Positions 33,601 to 41,326 of a stretch of 41,326 nt of DNA are shown one piece after another. The translations under genes and the position numbers were made by a program. Below the pieces are notes generated by a model that was given only the letters and a program-made list of their open reading frames with translations, searched no databases and had not been told where the DNA came from. Numbering within the stretch: position 1 is the stretch's first letter; each line of letters starts with the position of its first letter. Source of the DNA: Chiloscyllium plagiosum (Eukaryota); assembly GCF_004010195.1 (NCBI RefSeq), contig NC_057753.1, forward strand, positions 7,066,273-7,107,598. Reading direction: 5' to 3'.

Positions 33601-34166
33601 TTGTGTAACTGGCAAAAAGGTGTTAACGTCCAAGTTGTCATGGAGATCTGAATTGCAATATTGGAAGCGGCAGGAAGAATGCAGCCATCTGTTCCTCATA
33701 TTTCAGATTTCAAAAAGATCACCTAGAACTCCAGAGTGCGTGGTTTGATCTCTGAGATCCCGATGTAAGTGTGCAGAGATGATGACTAGACAAAACATAA
33801 CCGTGAATGCATTGTGAAAGTGCACTCAAGAATGGGTCTCAGATATGTACAATTGACCAAATGGTTACTGCAATTTGGAAGTGCTTGAAAACATGGGAAA
33901 GGCACTGATACATAATGTGCAGAGAAACTGACTTTAAAACAATGAAATTGATGTGGTTGAGAAGAGGTAAAAATGATATGAAATGAAATCTCTAGTAAGC
34001 ACCATTGTAAATTGAGGGAAAAATATACTTAAAGTAGCAACTGGTGGGTACTTATGAATGTGGAGCCAAAGAACTTTTCAGCTCATGTGTAATCAGTTGC
34101 CATTAACGAATTGTAGTAACTTGCTAAAATGCGCAGATAGCAGTTTTGGAAGGGGTGAACAAAGTC

Positions 34167-34352
34167 AAAAGTCTCACGATATCAGATTATACACTAGCAG
34201 GTTTATTTGAAATCACCATCTTTCAGAGTGTTGCTCCGACATCAGGTGAGGTCCTTCAGAAGATGATTTCACATGACGAAGGAGCAGAACTCTGAAAGCT
34301 TGTGATTTTATGCAAGTCCGTTGGTCTATAACCTGCTGATATGTGACTCTTA
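34167..34352. mobile_element. Palindromic Penelope-derived element
   Basis: The arms gaaatcaccatctttcagagtgttgctcc..catcaggtga and tcacatgacgaaggagcagaactctgaaagcttgtgattt are reverse complements; each has a CTGANGA..GAAA-like core. Confidence 0.7.
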
Positions 34353-35689
34353 GTTTGCTAAAGATAAGGCCAGGTCTCAAGAGAATGACAATACAGCTTC
34401 AATGCAGACAGAAGGAGAATTCCAAGAATAACAATGATTGTTAAGAGTCAAGCAAACCCATCTCTCGTTTGGCTACCTCGTTGCTAGTCCAGTGGTCAAA
34501 TGGGGAATGCTTGAATTTACGAATTCCTTAGAAACAATGTTATCCCTGTATCCACTGTGCCGAAGGAGATTTCAAATAATTGTAATTGCGGCAGTCCCTG
34601 CCTTTCCAAAGTTGCGCCGTGTAAAACCATAGGTAGAACTATTCAAAACACGGAAGTTATCAGACCCATTGGACTAGCCGACAATTCAAGTGGTGCAAAT
34701 ATGCACTCTATCAGTGCATCGTTACCACAAAATGTAGCCATTTCGTCTGAGAAATAATGATTACCAAACTCTCAGAATAAGACAGGCACGGGAACAATGA
34801 AGATTTAATTTCAGGAGTGCCTGAGCCATGGCCATTGACTGAAAAGATTCAGAAAATCGATTGACATATAGAAAGCAATCCGCCCCTAGGAATTTGTGAT
34901 ATCATTACATTTGTTTGTTTCTATAACTGTTTATGTAAAAGTGAATGAACACAGTGAACGCTTTACAATATCACCACATATGGCACCATCTTTGGTACAA
35001 AGTACTTTGCCACCGACCTGACAGAGAAAAAAAGAGCCATAAAGAACAAAAAAGTTGCATCACAATTATCCATAATATGAGTTAGAAATTCCAAATAAAT
35101 TCACAGCGATAAACATGACAAACCTTCGATCAATGACCTGCAATAGATCAATTCTAGGGGCTTCTACAGATAGCCCACGTGGCCTGGGATGCTGCTGAAC
35201 GCCGACTGACCACACAGGTCGCAATCCAAATAACCATTCCCGCTCTGCTCTGCACCCTTGGACCAGCCCCAGTCTGTTCCCGGCCGGATTTCTATCGCCA
35301 CTCTACTTCAGGGCCGCTGTCTGTCCATATGTGTTCCATACGCCACTCCACTCACTGCATGCTGCTAGTCTACTCTGCTCCAGCACTTAAACATTCCGGT
35401 GTCATCACCATCGCTCTCTCCACCTTGAAATATTCTCTTTAAGAAAAAAAAAGACTAAAATAGTGAAGATGAACCAGAAAAGCATAACGAAAAGCAATGA
35501 AAAGGGAAAGGATAGATGAGCCCTATTCTGAGAATCCTAACGCTGCCTACTTTGCTGCCACCGTCTCGCAATTCAATAGATTCTAATGGAAACAATGAGT
35601 TCGGTAGGAGAATCCTTCCCCTTTTTCATGAATGTAAAGGAATATACATTCTACCCTGATGTATTCAATATATTTTATACCGTGTTCGA

Positions 35690-36945
35690 GCAGAAGTACT
35701 GACGTCTGCCCAGAAAGCCTCAGACACATTTGGTCCTTGAGTTTCCACTGCAGACGTGAGCTCAAGGGCGAAAACTGCCCTGAAGGAGTCCCCAGTCATG
35801 CACACTCTGCAGACGGGAAAGTGGTGTTATTTGCTGAAATTGTTGAACCATCCTTTCTACAACCTCCCGTTTCCATCAGATTCAAGGAGACCACAATCTT
35901 ACCGGTTCCCAAGATATTACATGCCATGTGCCTTTATAACTACCACCCGGTGCCTCCGACCTCCGTAATGGTAAAGTGCTTCGACGGGTTAGTCATGGTT
36001 CACATCAACTCAGTCTCCCAGATTGTCTTAATCTTTGCAATTTGACTTTGGGCACAACAGGTGCCATTTTTTTCTCGCCTTACAAGCATTTCTGGAAAGG
36101 TTGGCTAACGCCAGGTTTCTACTTATTAGGTACAGTTCCACCTTTAACACGATAAACCCAAGTAAACTATTCTTCATACTTCGAGAATCAGATCTCCGTT
36201 CTGCTTTATCCAAATTTATAATTGACTTCCTGACCTAAAGAAAGCAATCAGACTTTACAAGCAAGAGCACTTGCCTATCTATCTCAATGGTGTTGAGTTG
36301 GAACTGTTTGTGAAAGTCAAGTTCCGATGATTGATGATCACGAACAATCTGTCCTGCAACACCCATATTGACGCAAGTTTTAAGAAGACACAACAATGTC
36401 TCTTCTTCCACAGGAGTCTAAGGAAATTAAACATTTCCAGAAGAAGTCTAGCCAACTTTTACAGATGAACAACAGAAAACATTCTGCTGGATGCATCACA
36501 GTTTCGTACAGCATCTGCTCTAGCTAGTTTCGTAGAAACTCCCGAAAATTCTGAATACATCCCAGACCATCACGCAATCAATCTTCCTTCTACATTCCTC
36601 CTTGCCTTCGGAAAGGCAACCAATATTGTCAAAGACCTCTCTCACCCTGTTTATAATATCGTTTGAACTGTTCTATCAGGCAGAAGATATAAACGTTTAG
36701 ACAGATGTGCCAACACGTTCAGTAACAGCATAATCCCTGTACTTCTGAATGGACATCACAAATTTCAAACCCTAACGTTGATTTTGCTTTTTGTGCAGCT
36801 ACCTTGTAGCCGTAACCTTGTATGTCTCTCTCTGTTCACTCACCCTATGATCTCTGTATGTTGTGATTTGCTTACGCTACACGCAAAACAAAACTGTTCA
36901 TTGTACTAACGCGCGTGTAACAATAATAAAGAAGGCAAATCAACT
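35690..36945 (+). mobile_element. Rex1/Babar-clade LINE, degenerate
   Basis: FKETTILPVPK...CLYNYHPV..TSVMVKCFDGLV..HI and YSSTFNTINPSKL..I.DFLT, followed by a 3' tail ending acaataataaa. Confidence 0.8.
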
Positions 36946-38865
36946 CAATATCATTTTTTTAAGGCAGCTTAAGAGTTATTAACCAGTTTGATAATAGATT
37001 AATAGTATTTGGGAAAGAGGCAGAACAGCACTATTTCTCTTTGATTCTTCCTATTCTAATAAACAAAATTCCATCAGGAAGTAACAGATAGTGTGGAGAT
37101 ATTTATAAATCTTAAAATGCTTATCGTTATTAATTCTCGATGCATAAACTCTCCTTCTTTGTGCAAATTTTCAATTACACCATTAAGTCGGAATACCGTT
37201 TCATGCTCGTTGTTTACAGCTTCACTCTGTTTCCCAGTGTGAGCTGTCAAACACAAAATATTCATCATTCAAACCATAGGCACCTATCCCGACATAGCTC
37301 AGTGATTTCGAGCTTGGCATTCACATTATTTAATCTTTTAATGCATAAATAATAGTCATCCAACCCTATTTTTAGTTCATCACGACATTCCAGCTCATCC
37401 CATTAAAACAAACCGACTGTGAACAGGTTGTCAGCCAACTGAAGCTTATTTTTGTTCTTGGCATACTCACTGCCCTCGAAAAGTTTAGCTCCTCCGAAGC
37501 AAATTCATCCTGGAGACATGGGAACAATCTGATCTATCCAATGCTGAGATGTCCATGTCCCCTGAATCCAGATCACTGCTTCAAGTGGAGCAGTTCCTCC
37601 AAGACCCTTTCAGTGTCTTCTTTGTACTCAATTATTCTGACGGTCCAGAAGTCGAGATAACTTTAGAATTCCAGATGCACAGGAATGTTATTCAGTAATG
37701 TCATCGGAAATTTCAAAGAGATATTACAGTGTTTAAAGAATGGAAAGATGTGTTGACTGTGTGTGGTCAAAGGGAAATTTTACTTCTCATTCCATTTCCT
37801 ACAGAGATTTGAAAATTTCATAAATGGATCACTGGTATTTTGGTTTCGTTCCTTCCAATTTTCGACCTGACAACTGACAATATTTTCCAAACTTCCCTTG
37901 CTTTTCTGCAACTAATTTGTCCGAAACGGATATGAGGAGGAAGATCAGTTTGAGTTGGGATACTGATGAAGGAGTGAAGATCTGGGTTTCTCATTGAAAA
38001 AGAATTTCGAAATGAAAGAACCCAGCGTAGCACTCGAACTCACGATCCGGAGACTAAGCATTGCATTGTCTGCCAACTGAACTCGTTGGTGAAAGGCCAG
38101 CAAGAATCACTCTTCCTGTTAATAAATAAGTTGTTTATGCGTTAGGAGATCAAGGAGGCGGCTATGGAGACAATAGCAGACATCATTTTTCTTTGGACTA
38201 CCCCCCCAATCAGGTTGGGGCATTTGACAGGTGGAACTGTGTGGCAGCAAATCTAGAGACAAGTAAAAGGAAAGAAGAGGGAAAAGAGAAGATCTCTGAG
38301 GAAGTGGAAGACAGTAGAGGTTCAAAAATAAAAGGGAGGATGCCAGGAAAAGGAGATAGAAATTGGTACACGTAGAGAAACCGAGATTCTGAGAAGGATC
38401 GTTGGACACAAATTGTTAACTCTACCAACCACAAATGCTGAGGTTTACGAGACATTTACGGTCTTGTCAAAAAACGTTTGTTAACCTCGTAGGTAATAGA
38501 AGATGGTGGAGGAGAGAACACCGTAGCTGTAAGACCTGCTCCTTTTACAGAACTTGAATTTTTATTCAGAACTTGAGTTCATTTCCTCGATTTCTTGGAG
38601 CAGTAAATACTGTTGTATAAGCTCTTGCTCTGCTTTAGAACTTTAAAACATAACGATCAAAACAACGTAGTTTAAAACGAAAGAGAAAATGAAGTGCATT
38701 TCTTTCCGGAAAAGTTTTTTTTTATTTTCCTGAGATAAGAGGGACAACTTGAAAACCTTAGAATGGAATTCAAAACAGTATGCTAAATAAACATCCCTGG
38801 GAGAAAGTAGTAAGAGCATCATAAACAATGCATTTTATGAAAAAGAGGAGGCAACACTGCCTAAT

Positions 38866-39130
38866 GGATGTACGTTTGCTCGCTGAGCTTGAATATTTGT
38901 TTTCAGACGTTTCGTCATCATACTAGGTAACATGTTCAGTGAGCCTCCAAATGAAGCACCGGTGGTGTTGCCTGCTTTCTATTTGCATATTTCAGTCCCT
39001 GATGATTGGTGATGTCATTTCCTGTCGTGACATCATTTCCTATGGTGATGTCATTTCATGTTCGTTTTCTCAGGGGGCGGTAAATGTCAGTCCAAGTCAT
39101 TCCAAGATACATCCAAAAATTCAACCCGCT
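38866..39130 (-). mobile_element. Penelope-like terminal repeat insertion with 13-bp TSD
   Basis: TSD AACACTGCCTAAT at 38853-38865 and AACACTGTCTAAT at 39131-39143. Hammerhead-like rev. comp. CTGAACA-TGTTACC-TAGTAT-GATGAC-GAAACGTC. Confidence 0.8.
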
Positions 39131-39929
39131 AACACTGTCTAATAATCTGTTGCCTCGTTACAAATGGTAACTTAAGATAGTCTTCAGGAGGGATGAATTA
39201 ACTACAAGGATTGTTTTCCGGAAGGTTCTGCTTTGAACAGGCAACTAATGCACAATGTGACTCGGAAGAGGCAAGCTAGTTCTGAGAAGAAGTAAAGCCT
39301 TAGACTTGATGATTCCAGAAGTGTAATAGATACTGAATTGAACAAGAAAAAAGGTCATGATTAATATTAGGCAGAGACATCACAAGAAATAATGTTCTAT
39401 GACAGTTTAACTTCGGGATTTTTCAGAAACAGATCCTGGAAGAACAATAAACACAAGGATCGAACCTAAACAAACAGACACGGATATTGTGAGATTGAAC
39501 CGACTCTTCATTCCATTGTAAAACGCACAATACTTAAGTTGACTTTTGAAACATTCCTTCCTTCCTTGAAGGGTTTATTTTGGTTGCAAGAAGCAACATT
39601 TTTTTTATTTTTTTCTTTCAAGGTCTGATTCTCTGAGATTGCCGAATAAGCAAATGAAGTAAAGGTCTTTCTTGTTATTAACACAGCATCAATATCCAAA
39701 GGTAGTGTTACCTGCATGGTGCTCTGGATCAGGATATCCCGTTTGGCTGCAGATAAACGTGAAGTAGTAGGGACAGATCCAATTGTTATGCGAAATAGTT
39801 AAAAAAAACAGAGAAGTTCTTCGGAGGAATATGAGCAGCTGGGACTAATGACAATTTAAAAAGCAGAAACAAAAAACTAATAGTTTTGGATTCCTACGAG
39901 CTAATTGACAGAGCACAACAAGTTTGAAG

Positions 39930-40160
39930 AGTCACTCAAATGACCGTTGGTGATTAGAGGGTGAGTATTTATACTCACAGTTCTCCTTCCCGGCTGCCCC
40001 TCTGTTTGCCGTCACTTCCTCTGCTGCCGCTCTTTTTGTGAAGAGAGAAAAAAAAAACACCGCTGCCCGCTACAGGTAAGTAATTTTGAAACAAACTGTC
40101 TTACCTTAGCTGTAGCCTCCCGGGTTCGCCTTTACTCGGCCGCTGCTCCCACTCATGGGT
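39930..40160 (-). mobile_element. GC/CpG-rich insert, probably an isolated CR1 5' UTR
   Basis: Absent from copy 1, CpG-rich, and resembles elasmobranch CR1 5' ends (recognised from memory). Confidence 0.45.
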
Positions 40161-41189
40161 TTTGACCGATTCGTTGGAGGCGGTATGGGTGGAGACGGGT
40201 GTTGGCGCAGTCAGGGCTTGGAAACTAATGGAGAAAGGTAAAGGTGTGAAGATGCAACGAAGAGTATTAAAGTTTCCAAAACAAGTCATAGGAAAGAGAA
40301 TGTGGAAAGTTTCAGGAATATAACTTCAGGAACAGCAGGTAAGGAGATTGGCTGTACTGTTCTATGTTTTGTGTTCTCATTAGGAGTCATTTCTTCGTCC
40401 AACATGAAATCATTGTAAATTGCTGGGAGGAAGAAAACATTTGGTTCACTAATAAATCGTGGGAAGAAAACTGTCTGGCCTTCATGTTAAAAATAACACA
40501 TCCCCACATTAGAATATGTGATGTGATTTTTAACTGACAATGTACAAATTACTTCACCAAATGGAACAGTTAGTGTTCAGTGCAGTGAGTCCTCAGAACG
40601 GGAAATTATTTTGATTGTCCATTCCGACTATGATCTTTGTTATTGTTAACAATAATTTTCATGTTTTATTTGTCGCTTCTCCATTTCTCACCTATTGAGA
40701 ACAGAAAATCTTCTCGACATAATTGTTCAAAGCAAACCAGACGACATTATCATTACTAAAATCATATGCTGAATAATAATGAAGACTTGCAGCAGTAACA
40801 ATGAGCATATCCTTTATTTCTATTTTCAGGAAGTGAAATGCTTAATGAGAACCAGCAGATATCTGAGACGTCATGTGGGATGGTTCTTCATGATTACCAT
40901 TTTGCCCGCAACCCTGCAATAAGGAAGTCCTTCTTCTAATCAGCAATTTTGATCCACGGCTCACAGCTTTTCAACTTATTGCTAAACAGAGAATATTGCA
41001 CAGATCAGTCCAAAAGCTCAAGAGAGGGAAGTTCAGAAAGACTGTGAATTTCGAATGAGGTGAGAAAATAGAGTGCAGGGTGCAACGCAATAAAGCACAA
41101 ATTGGGGAGTGACCGAAGTGAAGTCATCAATTTTAAAAGTATGGACGTGGAATGAGATGTTTCCACTTTAGTCATATCCGAATTGGTAT

Positions 41190-41326
41190 CTGGATCAGTG
41201 GTGCTGGAAGACCACAGCAATTCAAGCAGCATCCGAAAAGCTTCGAAATCGACGTTTTGGGCAAAAGCCCTTCATCAGGAATAAAGGCAGAGAGCCTGAA
41301 TCGTGGAGAGATAAGCCAGAGGTGGG
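41190..41326 (-). mobile_element. Penelope-like element 3' end, truncated by window edge
   Basis: Rev. comp. CCTGATGAAGGGCTTTTGCCCAAAACGTC at ~41250-41280 plus the family tail. Confidence 0.75.

Larger units (their letters stand above)
37912..40939 (+). pseudogene. Decayed multi-exon gene (copy 2 of 13015-16501)
   Basis: The acceptor is mutated to CAA at 37909-37911. Conserved donors lie at 40237 (AAG|GTAAAG) and 40584 (GCA|GTGAGT). An intact acceptor ttttcag precedes the terminal exon 40830-40939, SEMLNENQQISETSCGMVLHDYHFARNPAIRKSFF*. Confidence 0.6.
37785..41168 (+). repeat. Segmental duplication copy 2 (paralogous to 11270-16731)
   Basis: See copy 1. It lacks the 11352-12965 and 14263-14547 insertions and carries its own insertions. 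Confidence 0.92.

Noticed and set aside
33707..34757. Possible plus-strand exons (33707-33967 and Cys-containing ORF 34557..34757)
   Set aside because: Multiple stops, no second copy for comparison and no phase chain; unsupported, though worth a BLAST.
34930..35570. Probable interspersed repeat with a C-rich ORF (35179..35442)
   Set aside because: It looks like a common shark repeat, but I cannot classify it, and there is no coding evidence.
37238..37352. Acceptor followed by VSCQ..., reminiscent of the 28411 exon
   Set aside because: The similarity covers only a few codons and there is no clear donor.

Overview
Eukaryotic, repeat-rich DNA from a cartilaginous fish (shark/ray). This is inferred from HER1/CR1-type LINEs, an HE1 tRNA-SINE, SacSINE1-like pieces and Penelope-like elements. 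Only one intact gene is visible: a two-exon class A GPCR of the elasmobranch-expanded 'GPR139-like' type on the minus strand (exon 1 19993-19924, exon 2 18309-17408, 323 aa); the ORF track misses exon 1. Manual splice-site and phase reading also reveals decayed multi-exon genes for proteins I cannot assign. (i) A six-exon minus-strand pseudogene at 5037-1350 (~400 codons, signal-peptide-like start, Cys/Trp-rich, RARR site) runs off the left edge. (ii) A plus-strand pseudogene, probably a single-pass membrane protein ending in a PDZ-like C-terminus, is present at 13015-16501 and again at 37912-40939 in a ~24.5-kb-offset segmental duplication; possibly related tail exons lie at 28411-30590 and a candidate first exon at 6085-6143. 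Mobile DNA includes a nested CR1 cluster (7371-12965), two nested Gmr1-type Gypsy LTR elements with integrase upstream of RT (~20950-28340), a Rex1/Babar LINE, and many Penelope terminal-repeat fragments with minimal hammerhead-ribozyme cores. All alignments were done by eye; repeat boundaries are approximate.
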